Made by a program: the position numbers and the translations under genes. DNA of 64,000 bases, taken from the NCBI GenBank assembly GCA_963762565.1, contig CAVXLD010000011.1:64001-128000 (forward strand). The letters run 5' to 3'. This DNA comes from an uncultured Verrucomicrobiae bacterium. GTDB lineage: Bacteria > Verrucomicrobiota > Verrucomicrobiia > Chthoniobacterales > JAFAMB01. The notes below the pieces were generated by a model, which was not told the DNA's origin, made no database searches, and was given only the letters and a program-made list of their open reading frames with translations. Shown in pieces: positions 1 through 9,900 of the stretch. Each line of letters opens with the position of its first letter. Within the stretch, counting starts at the first letter, position 1.

Positions 1-1
1 G

Positions 2-589
2 GATGCTGCGCCGCAAAGCCAGTGCTTTTCTTTCCAACCGAATCCTGGCTGCGGTTTCGATGATTTGGTCCAATTGAGCTTCGGCCAAGTTAGATAGCGG
101 ACTGCAGCAAGCACCGGGTTTCGCCAGAGCGGATTCGGTATCGGTTAATGTCAGTCCCGTGGTCTTGAGTTGAACCTGTACAACCTCTCGGTGGTCAATG
201 GTCCGGGTAAAGAAATCCGAGCCGGAATTCTGTAAGAAAAGATGTAGAACCACGTTTCGAAAAGCGGGGTTATCGCCATGCCCGTGCCGTTCCCAATCCA
301 CCACGTTCATATCCAGCTCGATGTCGCCTTTGAGCTCTTGGGCGCCATCGATTCGAATCACCGTATTCACAAAATCCGGTCCCGGTTCCCGATTCCAAAA
401 TCCGAACTGAATGACCTCGACTAGCGAACCATTGGTCGCGCGAAAACTGGAGCCGAATGCCCCCGCGTACCAAAGCGCCTGATACTCCAGCTCCGACCAC
501 CGGCGCGCAAGCAGCGGCTCGTCTTCAACCACCGAAACCTCCAACGCGCGAAGATAAAGGGAGTTAAATGCGTCCACAGGTAAGAACAT
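2..589 (-). CDS. DUF2851-family protein, 3'-truncated by the window edge
   Basis: Not in the ORF track. Manual translation from ATG at 589: MFLPVDAFNSLYLRALE...ELEYQALWYAG...VIQFGFWNREPGPDF...KGDIELD...DWERHGHGDNPAFRNVVLHLF. The WN.E.GPDF, GDIE and W..HGH..NP.F..VVLH motifs are typical of DUF2851. Confidence 0.8.
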   Translation of the reverse strand, partial: MFLPVDAFNSLYLRALEVSVVEDEPLLARRWSELEYQALWYAGAFGSSFRATNGSLVEVIQFGFWNREPGPDFVNTVIRIDGAQELKGDIELDMNVVDWERHGHGDNPAFRNVVLHLFLQNSGSDFFTRTIDHREVVQVQLKTTGLTLTDTESALAKPGACCSPLSNLAEAQLDQIIETAARIRLERKALALRRSI

Positions 590-667
590 CTATTCAAAAT
601 GTTACTACAGGCAAGTCAAAATAACAACATGGATAACTAATGTTAGCAGCCGCCTTTCAAAGACAGA

Positions 668-1562
668 TAAAATATCCGCAGCCCCGAAATCCTCCGGGGT
701 AAAATTACGCAGAACTAGTCGCGCCGTAGGCTTTGCGAAGGCGGATTACGCAGATTACGGTTTGGGGTGTAGTTGCATGACGGAAGGACGACGGTGATGG
801 GCTTCGGATCGAGCGCTTGGCTGACTTTGAGTATCGGCGAATTTCTAGGCAGAGCTTGCTTGATATACCAACAGAAATAATATATGTATCGTATAGTGGA
901 CCAGGAAACCTATCGGATCATTGGGGCAGCCATTGAAGTTCACAAAGAGCTCGGTCGGGGGTTTCTTGAACCCGTTTATCAGGAGGCTCTCGAGCTCGAG
1001 TTCAATGATCGCGGCATCCCATTTCGGCCACAGCTCGAGCTGCCGATATTTTATAAGGGCAAAAAGCTCAGAACCCACTATCGCTCCGACTTTGTCTGCT
1101 ACGAGGATATTATCGTAGAGTTAAAGGCACTGGCGCGGCTTGGCGACGGAGAGTTGGCCCAGGTACTAAATTACCTGAAGGCGTCTCGCCGGCAGCGCGC
1201 GCTATTGATCAATTTCGGATCCAAGAGTCTAGAACATGAGCGCGTTGTATTGTCACGCAGCGCCGCGTTTCAATCCGAATCCGAGGATGTCCAAAGTCGA
1301 CCCAGCGCTTGATCCGGAGCCCCATTACTCGTCGAGCCCCTCCACGTAACTACGCCTAAAACCGTAATCTGCGTAATCTGCGTAATCTGCGGATATTAAC
1401 CAAGTTGGCCCAGCGCTTGATCCGGAGCCCCATTACTCGTCGCGCCTCCCCGCGTAACTACGCCTCAAATCGTAATCTGCGAAATCCGCCTTCGCAAAGC
1501 CTACGGCGCGACTAGTTCTGCGTAATTTTACCCCGGAGGATTTCGGGGCTGCGGATATTTTA
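668..1562. mobile_element. Fold-back element with 92-bp inverted arms (9-mer ATTACGCAG based) enclosing the GxxExxY gene
   Basis: 668-759 and 1471-1562 are reverse complements with 1 mismatch. Degenerate complementarity continues inward (760-830 vs about 1291-1370 and 1409-1470). The right arm is duplicated (1301-1397 and 1409-1562). Confidence 0.7.
884..1312 (+). CDS. GxxExxY protein (PD-(D/E)xK nuclease-like family)
   Basis: IIGAAIEVHKELGRGFLEPVYQEAL (GxxExxY), YRSDFVC..IIVELKA, QVLNYLKAS...LLINFG; 142 aa. Confidence 0.92.
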   Translation: MYRIVDQETYRIIGAAIEVHKELGRGFLEPVYQEALELEFNDRGIPFRPQLELPIFYKGKKLRTHYRSDFVCYEDIIVELKALARLGDGELAQVLNYLKASRRQRALLINFGSKSLEHERVVLSRSAAFQSESEDVQSRPSA

Positions 1563-1605
1563 CCTCTTCTCGAGGCGGGAACACCACCGTCCCCTAATCT
1601 GCGGA

Positions 1606-2382
1606 TCACAGTTCCAAGCGTAGCCCATCGTAGGCCAGGGAGCACGATGTCGGGAGCGTCTTGCTAGTCTCGGCGTGACTGACATCGTGGCTAAGATGCG
1701 TGAGGAAGGCGCGCTTCGGCTTTAGCAGCGAGATCAAGCCCAGTCCTTCCGAAATACTGAGATGCGAGAAACGTGACATCTTCAGCGGAGTTCCCAGAAC
1801 TAAAACTTCGACGCCAGCCAAATCGTGTAAACCTTGATCGGAAATGATCTTGCAATCGCTGATGTAGCCGAGGATCGGCTGGCCTTGCTGGCGAATGAGA
1901 AATCCCAGGGTGTGAATCGTGCCATGTTCAACCTGGATCGGGACCACTTCGTTCTCACCCAACATAAAAGGTCCCTCGATGATGTACGGTACCGGTTGAA
2001 CATAACCTGGGAACCTGGCCTCGCCGCTAAAAGCGTATTCGAAGCTGCATGCCAGGCGGTCCATCGTTTCCCGCGACGCATAGATCGGCATCTCGTCGCC
2101 ATTGGCGCTGCTGAATCGTCTTAGATCGTCAAACCCTGAGATATGATCAGCGTGTGCGTGGGTGAAGATCGCGGCGTCCAACCGCGTGATGTTGGCCCTG
2201 AGCGCCTGCAACCGGAATTCAACCGCAGTGTCAATTACCCAAGAAGCCGTAGGAGTCTCGATATAGACGGAGGACCTCCAGCGCTGGTCTCGGCTATCCG
2301 AGGACCGGCACACCGAACAGTCACACAGTGGAACCGGTATGCCTACGGAGGTTCCTGTGCCCAAAAAAGTGGCCGTCAGCAT
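1606..2382 (-). CDS. MBL-fold metallo-hydrolase, PhnP-like phosphodiesterase
   Basis: FLGTGTSVGIP..CDCSVC, THAHADHISGFDDLR, HLS and THLSH motifs. Confidence 0.88.
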   Translation of the reverse strand: MLTATFLGTGTSVGIPVPLCDCSVCRSSDSRDQRWRSSVYIETPTASWVIDTAVEFRLQALRANITRLDAAIFTHAHADHISGFDDLRRFSSANGDEMPIYASRETMDRLACSFEYAFSGEARFPGYVQPVPYIIEGPFMLGENEVVPIQVEHGTIHTLGFLIRQQGQPILGYISDCKIISDQGLHDLAGVEVLVLGTPLKMSRFSHLSISEGLGLISLLKPKRAFLTHLSHDVSHAETSKTLPTSCSLAYDGLRLEL

Positions 2383-2422
2383 CTATTGAAAAAAGGTCGT
2401 CGGACCCTTACATAACCTGCCA

Positions 2423-4093
2423 GTGCCCGCAACGCTCCGATCACTCCGAATCCGTAACTTGGCTTTGGTTGAACAGCTCGATTGGGAGCTTGCCGCTGGG
2501 TTTAACGTGGTTACCGGGGAGACCGGCGCCGGTAAATCGATTATCATTGGAGCGCTCAAGATGATACTTGGCGAAAGGGCCGACAAATCGGTTATCCGAA
2601 CCGGGGAGGATCAATGTTCGGTGGAGGCATTGTTCAATTTACAGGACGCCGATCGCATCAATGCGTTGTTAGCTGACGAAGGGGTTGATCCGTGCGAGGA
2701 GGGCGAGCTCTTAATCCGGCGAGTATTATCCGTCAGCGGCGCGAACCGGCAATTCATCAATGGATGCCAGACGACATTAGGATTTCTCAAGGATGTGGGA
2801 GACGGTTTGGTCGATCTTCATGGACCGCATGACCATCAATCGCTCCTCTCCAAGGAGTATCAGCTGCGTTTAGTTGACGCTTTTGCCGGGAACGGAGATC
2901 TCTTTCGCTCTTATCCAGACGTATTTGGGCGCTGGCAGCAAACGCGAAAAGAACTGGACGAGTTCGAAGCCGAAACCGCGCTCAGTAACCTCGACCTTTG
3001 GCGACATCAGTTAGCGGAAATTCAGGGCGCCGGAATTCGGGCTGGGGAGCGCGCCGAGCTAGAATCCCAATATTCGATAGCGGCCAACGGGCGTCGAATC
3101 TTAGAGCTCACAGGCGCCGGGATCGCCCTCCTTTCCGAATCAGAGAACGCTCTGTTGACCCAGCTCGGAGAACTAGCCCGCCTCCTCAGGGAACTGGAAA
3201 AAATCGATGGCCAAACCCACGAATTTGTCGAAGATCACGAACGGGCCACCGTCGAGCTGGAGGAGCTCGAACGATCGTTGGTATCGTATCAGCAGCGCGT
3301 CGATTTGGACCCGGGTGCGCTTCAAATGATGGAAGAACGATTGAACCTCTTGGAAAGGCTCAGTCGCAAATACGGGCGAGACGAACCGGGCTTGCTGGAA
3401 CTTGCCGCCGAGTTGGAAACCAAGTTGAGCCGGACCGAGCATCGGGAGTCGATTTTGGAAAAATTGCGTCTGGATGCGGATAACCTTCAAAAAAAGGCGT
3501 GGTCGATTGCTCAGCAGTTGACCCGAGTCCGGCATGCCGGCGGGGTGGAACTTGCAGAAAGTATTCGTGCGCATTTGCAGGATTTAGGGTTCGCTCAGGC
3601 CAGCTTTGACATTGTGTGGGAAACGCTGGCGCAACCGAATCGAACCGGATTTGATCAGGTCGAATTTCTCTTTTCTCCTAACCCGGGCGAACCTTTGAAA
3701 CCGTTACGGGCAATTGCTTCCAGCGGAGAAATCTCTCGGGTCATGCTGGCCATCAAGACGGCGTTAGCTCAACAGGACTTGATCGGCTTGTTGGTCTTTG
3801 ATGAGATTGACGCCAATGTTGGAGGCGAGATCGCTTCTGCAGTCGGCAAGAAGATGCAAACGCTCGGCGAAAATCGTCAGGTGGTTGCGATTACCCATAT
3901 GCCTCAGGTAGCAGCCGGCGCTGGCACTCATTTCTTCGTGACCAAGGAAGTTATCGACGGCCGGACCCGCACCTCACTCCAGGAGGTACGCGGCGACCAA
4001 CGACTCCAGGAGTTAGCCCGGATGCTAGGGGGCAGGACGTCATCGGCGCTGGAACATGCGCGCACACTGTTACGCGCCGGAGGTGAGAAGTGA
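2423..4093 (+). CDS. recN: DNA repair protein RecN
   Basis: Walker A TGETGAGKS, DLHGPHDHQSLL, ASSGEISRVMLA, FDEIDANVGG, ITHMPQVAA, ELARMLGG. Confidence 0.96.
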   Translation: MPATLRSLRIRNLALVEQLDWELAAGFNVVTGETGAGKSIIIGALKMILGERADKSVIRTGEDQCSVEALFNLQDADRINALLADEGVDPCEEGELLIRRVLSVSGANRQFINGCQTTLGFLKDVGDGLVDLHGPHDHQSLLSKEYQLRLVDAFAGNGDLFRSYPDVFGRWQQTRKELDEFEAETALSNLDLWRHQLAEIQGAGIRAGERAELESQYSIAANGRRILELTGAGIALLSESENALLTQLGELARLLRELEKIDGQTHEFVEDHERATVELEELERSLVSYQQRVDLDPGALQMMEERLNLLERLSRKYGRDEPGLLELAAELETKLSRTEHRESILEKLRLDADNLQKKAWSIAQQLTRVRHAGGVELAESIRAHLQDLGFAQASFDIVWETLAQPNRTGFDQVEFLFSPNPGEPLKPLRAIASSGEISRVMLAIKTALAQQDLIGLLVFDEIDANVGGEIASAVGKKMQTLGENRQVVAITHMPQVAAGAGTHFFVTKEVIDGRTRTSLQEVRGDQRLQELARMLGGRTSSALEHARTLLRAGGEK

Positions 4094-4436
4094 GAAGTGA
4101 TTGGTGATTGGTGATTGGTGATTGGTGATTGGTGATTGGTGATTGGTGATTGGTGATTGGTGATCGGTGATCGGTAGGGCGAGGCTCCGGAGAGACCCAG
4201 CGATTAATCAAGGGAAAATTGACGACACGCGACCTATCATCGACCAAGGCCAAAAGACGCGCCGAGCCGTGGCCCACGATAGACCACGGCTCGGCGCGCT
4301 TTTAGATTTGGCTTGTTAATTGGTTAGGTTTACGCAGCTAAGCCTTGTTGACCCGCTCGCTCTTTCGGGAGCCTCGCCCTACCAGGCATCAGCCCCCACC
4401 AATCACCTCTCACCAATCAATTCTCACTTCTCACCT
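4082..4436. repeat. Heptamer-armed fold-back element with a nested GTAG-REP pair
   Basis: Left arm GTGAGAA x2 then about 9 x GTGATTG (4082-4173; contains the recN stop). Right arm CACCAAT/CTCTCAC/TTCTCAC units at 4397-4436. Inside: GTAGGGCGAGGCTCC (4174) ... GGAGCCTCGCCCTAC (4382). Confidence 0.85.
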
Positions 4437-4441
4437 TCGGT

Positions 4442-5524
4442 TCACAGCCCCATAATGTGTTCGTACACTCGCACCAATTCCGTACCGCACAGAATCCAAA
4501 GGACGGCTCCGGCCGAAAGGAACGGACCGAATGGAACCCGAACCGATAAACTCTTGTGCCGGAGCAGAATGGCTACCAGCCCGAAGGTGCAGCCCAGCAA
4601 GGCAGCAATGGGAATGGTAAACAGAACTCCTTGCCAACCGATGAATGCTCCAATTGCGGCGATCAGTTTGACGTCGCCGAGCCCCATCGCTTCTCGCGGA
4701 AATTCGGCGTGACTCGTTCGGCCGGACAATTCTCGGATCTCTTCCAACGGGATGTCATGACGAACTGTCTTGAGCCGATCGTGAAAAAAGCGCAGATCCA
4801 GGTTCTGGCATTTCTCGCCGTTGATCGTGACCTCAGCGGCTCGAACGAGAATCTTGTCTTTGGAACGCAGAAAGTGGGTTGTCCATTCGAAAGGTTCTCC
4901 GTCCAAAAGAATCCGCGGATTTTCGGTCTCGCCGTTCTCGAACGAGAATCGGACCGGACTGCCGGGCAATATTTTATATCGGCCAAACAGCAATTTCCCG
5001 CCCTCGCTGACCAGATAGAGAATGCTACCGCCTAGCAGACAACCGGCGAGGCTTAGACCGGCGCTTGTAAGTCCTGAGGAAACGTGATGAAGGGATGGCA
5101 AAAGAAAGCTTAAGAGCAGGCCCGCCCCGATTCCGAAGAACGTGATCTCATCGGGGATAAGCAGAAACTCAAGGTCGACGAATGTTGCCACCAGCAACAC
5201 TAGCGCCAAGACGATGTCCGCAATCACAGTGGGCCAATTGACTCGGAGCGCGAAAGCCACGAACAGGGCTGGGGTGAAGAGCTCGACCAGCAAATATTGA
5301 ATCGAGATCGGTCTACCGCATCGCGAGCAGCGACCTCGCGAGACCAGCCAACTCACAACAGGGATATTATCCACCGCTCTCAGCTGCGTCCCACATTGCG
5401 GACAGAATGAACGTGCGGGTTTCCACAGCGAAATCTCACGTGGTAGTCGATAGATACAGCATCCCGCAAATGAGCCTAGGACGAGGCCAGCTAGTGCAAC
5501 GCAGGCGAGGTAGGCGAGGGTCAT
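4442..5524 (-). CDS. Prepilin peptidase / N-methyltransferase (A24, PilD-like) with an inserted soluble domain
   Basis: GSFAGCCIYRLP, SFCPQC...DNIPVVSWL..RGRCSRC, FVDLEFLLIPD, MGLGDVKLIAAIGAF, VPFGPFLS. Confidence 0.9.
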   Translation of the reverse strand: MTLAYLACVALAGLVLGSFAGCCIYRLPREISLWKPARSFCPQCGTQLRAVDNIPVVSWLVSRGRCSRCGRPISIQYLLVELFTPALFVAFALRVNWPTVIADIVLALVLLVATFVDLEFLLIPDEITFFGIGAGLLLSFLLPSLHHVSSGLTSAGLSLAGCLLGGSILYLVSEGGKLLFGRYKILPGSPVRFSFENGETENPRILLDGEPFEWTTHFLRSKDKILVRAAEVTINGEKCQNLDLRFFHDRLKTVRHDIPLEEIRELSGRTSHAEFPREAMGLGDVKLIAAIGAFIGWQGVLFTIPIAALLGCTFGLVAILLRHKSLSVRVPFGPFLSAGAVLWILCGTELVRVYEHIMGL

Positions 5525-5531
5525 TCAAACG

Positions 5532-5780
5532 GTGAGAAGTGAGAGGTGAGAAGTGATAGGTGGAAGATGCGTGCTCGCGCAGGCGGATGGCCGTTGGTTC
5601 GACTCTGCTGCTCGCGTCCGTGTCCAGTCTGATGCCATCCACGGCGTCGGGCTCGGAAAGAGATGACATCTCACGGACCGGGCATGACTTGACCCTGTTG
5701 GCATCCAAAGGCCAGATGTCATGCTGCCGCGAGAGCCTTAACCACCTCTCACCTTTCACCAATCACCTCTCACTTCTCAC
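5532..5780. repeat. Heptamer-armed fold-back element between gmhA and the prepilin peptidase
   Basis: GTGAGAAGTGAGAGGTG (5532-5548) is the exact reverse complement of 5764-5780. One arm contains the gmhA stop; the other ends 7 nt before the next ATG. Confidence 0.85.
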
Positions 5781-6342
5781 TGGCTTTCTGCAGCGCCGGC
5801 TCTATCAGCTCACAGATGATGTGAATGACCACTTTGTGGGCTTCTTGGATGCGAGCCGTAACCTGGTGGGGCACGATCAACTCCAAAGAAGCGAGCCCTT
5901 TGCACACTCCACCGTCCCGGCCTAGAAGGGCGATCGATTCGATCTTAAGCTCGCGGGCAACATCAAGGACGCGCACGATGTCACGGGATTGTCCGCTGGT
6001 GGAGAGCGCAAACAAAACATCTCCGGGCCGCCCAAATGCCACTAGCTGACGGGCAAACACTTCCTCGAATGAATAATCGTTTCCGATCGCGGTGATTAAC
6101 CCTCCATCGTTGGTCAGGCTGAAGCCCGGAAACGGTTTGCGATCACCGAGGAATCGGCAGGCTAGCTCAGCGGTGAAATGGGAGACATCGGTAGCGCTGC
6201 CACCGTTGCCACAACCCAGTACCCGATGGCCAGTTAAGAGCGCATTCTCGATCAGTTCGGCGGCGGCCCGGATTTTGTTCTCCAAAGGAACCAAAAGACC
6301 AATCGCGTTTATCGCGTCGTCGATACTTTGGCGAACGGACAT
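5770..6342 (-). CDS. gmhA: D-sedoheptulose-7-phosphate isomerase (SIS domain)
   Basis: GCGNGGSATD, TAIGNDYSFEEVFARQ, LSTSGQS, TARIQEAH. ATG at 6342 (MSVRQ) preferred over the upstream alternative start at 6378. Confidence 0.92.
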   Translation of the reverse strand: MSVRQSIDDAINAIGLLVPLENKIRAAAELIENALLTGHRVLGCGNGGSATDVSHFTAELACRFLGDRKPFPGFSLTNDGGLITAIGNDYSFEEVFARQLVAFGRPGDVLFALSTSGQSRDIVRVLDVARELKIESIALLGRDGGVCKGLASLELIVPHQVTARIQEAHKVVIHIICELIEPALQKASEK

Positions 6343-6415
6343 GATCGCGATCGTCGTGCGCACATGTGCCGATTTCAACTGGAAAACTATGCTGCCGGGT
6401 CAATAATATCGCCGG

Positions 6416-6718
6416 ATGCGGTATGTACTCCTTCTCTTCACGCTATTGATCTTCGTTGGCTGCGAGACTGAGGCGCCAAAGACGGCTGCGGCGATCACTA
6501 AGGAGCGCGCCATCGCGATCGCCATGGAAACAAACAAGGACCCTGAGTTTACTCAGGTTACCCGGTCAACCTGGCGTACCGATCCCACTGCTGCCGGAGG
6601 GGGATATTGGGCTATCGATCTGAAAGATGAGGACGAAGAATTGGGCAAATTCTACCTAATCGATGGCCACGGGAAAGTTGTCGGCCAAGGCCGTATCGAG
6701 GGCGACCGGTATTTTTGA
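6416..6718 (+). CDS. Small lipoprotein, possibly PepSY-like
   Basis: Hydrophobic N-terminus with lipobox FVGC. ITKERAIAIA...YLIDGHGKVV resembles a PepSY pattern. Confidence 0.6.
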   Translation: MRYVLLLFTLLIFVGCETEAPKTAAAITKERAIAIAMETNKDPEFTQVTRSTWRTDPTAAGGGYWAIDLKDEDEELGKFYLIDGHGKVVGQGRIEGDRYF

Positions 6719-6747
6719 CGACCAATAGCCGATAGCAGGTGAGCGTG

Positions 6748-6912
6748 ACGGCGAATGGGCGAGACGGCGAAACGGCGAATGGGCGATAAAAGGCGCGACA
6801 GAACCGGGGTTATCGATCCTGCGAGTTACTCAGGCAGTCAGATCCGCGCCTACAGATCGCCCCTTCGCCCCTTCGCCCTTTCGCCAATACGCCGATTCGC
6901 CCACTCGCCATT
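6748..6912. repeat. 8-mer-armed fold-back element upstream of lhr
   Basis: ACGGCGAA/TGGGCGA units at 6748-6787 face TTCGCCC/TCGCCA units at 6858-6912. Confidence 0.7.
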
Positions 6913-6944
6913 CCCCCCAGGCTAGGCTAGCTTTCTGGTAGGCC

Positions 6945-9900
6945 ATGCAGTCATTTCAGTTCCATCCGGCGGTTGCGACGTGGTTCGAACAGACCTTCGG
7001 TACACCAACTGAGCCGCAGCAACTCGGATGGCCAGCGATTCAGTCTGGCGCCGATACCTTGGTGGCTGCGCCCACTGGTTCCGGTAAAACACTGGCTGCT
7101 TTCTTGGCTTCCCTTGATCAGCTTTTTCAAGCGGGGCTTGATGGAACTCTCGCCGATGAGACCCGGGTCCTTTATGTTTCGCCTCTCAAGGCGCTCAGCA
7201 ACGACATTCACAAGAATTTGGACCAACCGTTAACCGGTATCCGCGCTGCGTTGCGAGCGAGCTGCAACCGCGACATAGACATCCGGGCCGAAGTCAGGAC
7301 TGGGGATACACCGGCGGCCAAACGCCAGGCGATGGTTCGCAAACCGCCCCACATTCTGGTTACCACCCCGAGTCTCTCTATCTGCTGTTAACGTCCTTGT
7401 CTGGTCGGAAGCTTTTGCGAACCGTTCGAACCCTGATCCTGGATGAGATTCACGCCGTCGTAAGTAGTCGTCGGGGATCGCATCTGGCGCTTAGCGTGGA
7501 GCGATTGGCTGCCCTGACGAACCATCCTTTGCAGCGGATCGGTTTGTCCGCCACTCAAAAGCCGATGGAAGAAGTAGCGCGTTTTCTAGTCGGTACCCGC
7601 AATCTAGATGGCGCCGGTAACGCTCGTTGCACAATTATCGATTGCGGACACAGCCGGAAGCTGGACGTAGCCATCGAGTTACCGGGCTCACCACTGGATG
7701 CTGTCATGTCGACCGAGGTCTGGGCCGAGGTGTACAACCGTTTGGCTGATTTGGTCGAGGCTCACCGGACGACGCTAGTATTCGTTAACACTCGGCGCTT
7801 GGCCGAACGCGTCACGCATCATCTTTGCGAACGATTAGGCAAAGACAAAGTGACGTCCCATCACGGCAGCCTTTCCGCGAAGCTGCGTTTGGATGCCGAG
7901 AATCGATTGAAGCGTGGCGAATTGAAGGCGCTCGTTGCCACAGCGTCACTGGAGCTGGGGATCGACATCGGCTCAATCGATTTGGTTTGTCAGTTAGGTC
8001 CGACCCGCTCAATCGCCACACTCCTGCAACGAGTAGGCCGAGCCGAACATCGGCGTGGCGGCTTGCCCAAAGGCCGATTGTTTCCGCTGAGCCGAGATGA
8101 ACTGGTCGAGGGCGTGGCCACCCTGCGCAGCATCCGCAACGGCGAGCTCGACCTATTGGAAATGCCGCAGAAACCGCTCGACCTGTTGTCCCAACAGATT
8201 GTGGCATGCGCCGCTTGTGAAGATCTGGACGAGAGCGCCCTTTTCGAGCTGATGCGGTCCGCTTATCCGTATCGCAATCTAACCCGGAAGGAGTTTGATG
8301 ATGTGGTGCGGATGCTGACCGAAGGATTCAGTACGCGGCGTGGCAGGCGTTCCGCGTTGATCCATCATGACGGGGTTAACCATCGGATTAGGGCCCGCCG
8401 CGGCGCCAGGCTTCTAGCGCTGACCTCCGGCGGTGCAATCCCGGATAATGCCGATTATCGCGTCGTCGTCGAGCCCAGCGAAACCTTTGTCGGAACCGTC
8501 AATGAAGATTTTGCCGTGGAAAGTATGGCCGGCGATATTTTCCAGCTCGGCAATGCTTCTTGGCGAATCTTGGGGATTAACTCCGGAACTGTCCGAGTGG
8601 AGGATGCGCATGGACAACCACCCGGCATTCCCTTTTGGTTAGGCGAAGCGCCAAGCCGCACAGCAGAACTCTCCCGGTCTGTCTCTAAATTTCGCGAAGA
8701 CGTTGAGGAACAGTTGCGCCCGGGAGGGATCGCGTCCTCGCGATCCGATGCCCCCGGAGCCGAGGGTGTAATTAGAGTCTCCAAGGATATCGTTCGGCCA
8801 GACAAGGTATTCGCGGCGCGCGAGGACGCGCGCCCTCCCGGGTCATCGAACGATCCCATAACGAACGAACCGGAGTTTCTCCCTACCGCCTCAGATCTCA
8901 TCTCGAGCGTTGCCTCTTGGATCGAACGCGAGACTGGGCTTAGCGAAGCCGGTGCTTCTCAGCTGGCCGATTATTTCAGCGCGGTATACCGGACCCTGGG
9001 CGTCATTCCGTCTCAGAACAAACTCGTGCTAGAACGGTTCTTTGATGAGTCCGGCGGGATGCAATTGGTGATCCATTCGCCGTTCGGTAACCGGTTGAAT
9101 CGGGCCTGGGGCTTGGCATTACGCAAGCGGTTTTGCCGGTCCTTTAACTTCGAGTTGCAAGCCGCGGCTACGGATGACGCCATCGTGCTCTCGTTAGGCA
9201 CGCAGCATTCATTTCCGCTGGATGATGTTTTTCATTATCTGAACAACAAAACGGTTCGCGACATTCTGATCCAGGCGCTGCTTGATGCTCCTATGTTCGG
9301 AATTCGTTGGCGATGGAATGCCGGACGTTCACTAGCTTTACCTCGGCAGCGTGCAGGTCGTCGGGTTCCGGCCCCTTTGCAGCGGATGGAGTCCGAAAAC
9401 CTTTTGGCCGCGATCTTCCCGGACCAGCTGGCTTGTCTCGAGAATATTGCGGGTGATCGGGAAATACCGGAGCACCCGTTAGTTCAGCAGACCATCGACG
9501 ATTGTCTGGTTGAAGCGATGGATATTGACGGCTTGATCCGCTTGCTCGACCGGATCGAGAAAGGGGAGATCGAATGTATCGCTCGGGATTTACCGGAACC
9601 GTCGCCGTTGGCCCATGAGATCTTGAATGCTAAGCCATACGCGTTTCTGGACAACGCTCCGCTCGAAGAACGGCGTACTCAAGCCGTCTATACTCGGCGA
9701 GCAGGTGAGCCATTGGCGGAAGGTGGCCTTGGATTACTTGATGCAAACGCGATCGAGAAAGTTTGCGCGGAAGCGTGGCCACAAGCGACCAGCGCTGACG
9801 AGCTACATGAAACGTTGCTCTTGGTGGGCGCCTTGACCGATGACGAGGTCCGGACGGTCGGGTCTGATCCATTTGAATGGCTACAGGAGTTGCAGAGTGA

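Noticed and set aside
4097..4173. Tandem GTGATTG array or REP copies as a CRISPR array
   Set aside because: There are no constant repeats separated by unique 30-40 bp spacers, and no cas genes.
7360..7400. Programmed frameshift in lhr
   Set aside because: A single missing base in the TTPESL motif has no slippery heptamer and lies in an indel-rich region; error or decay is more likely.
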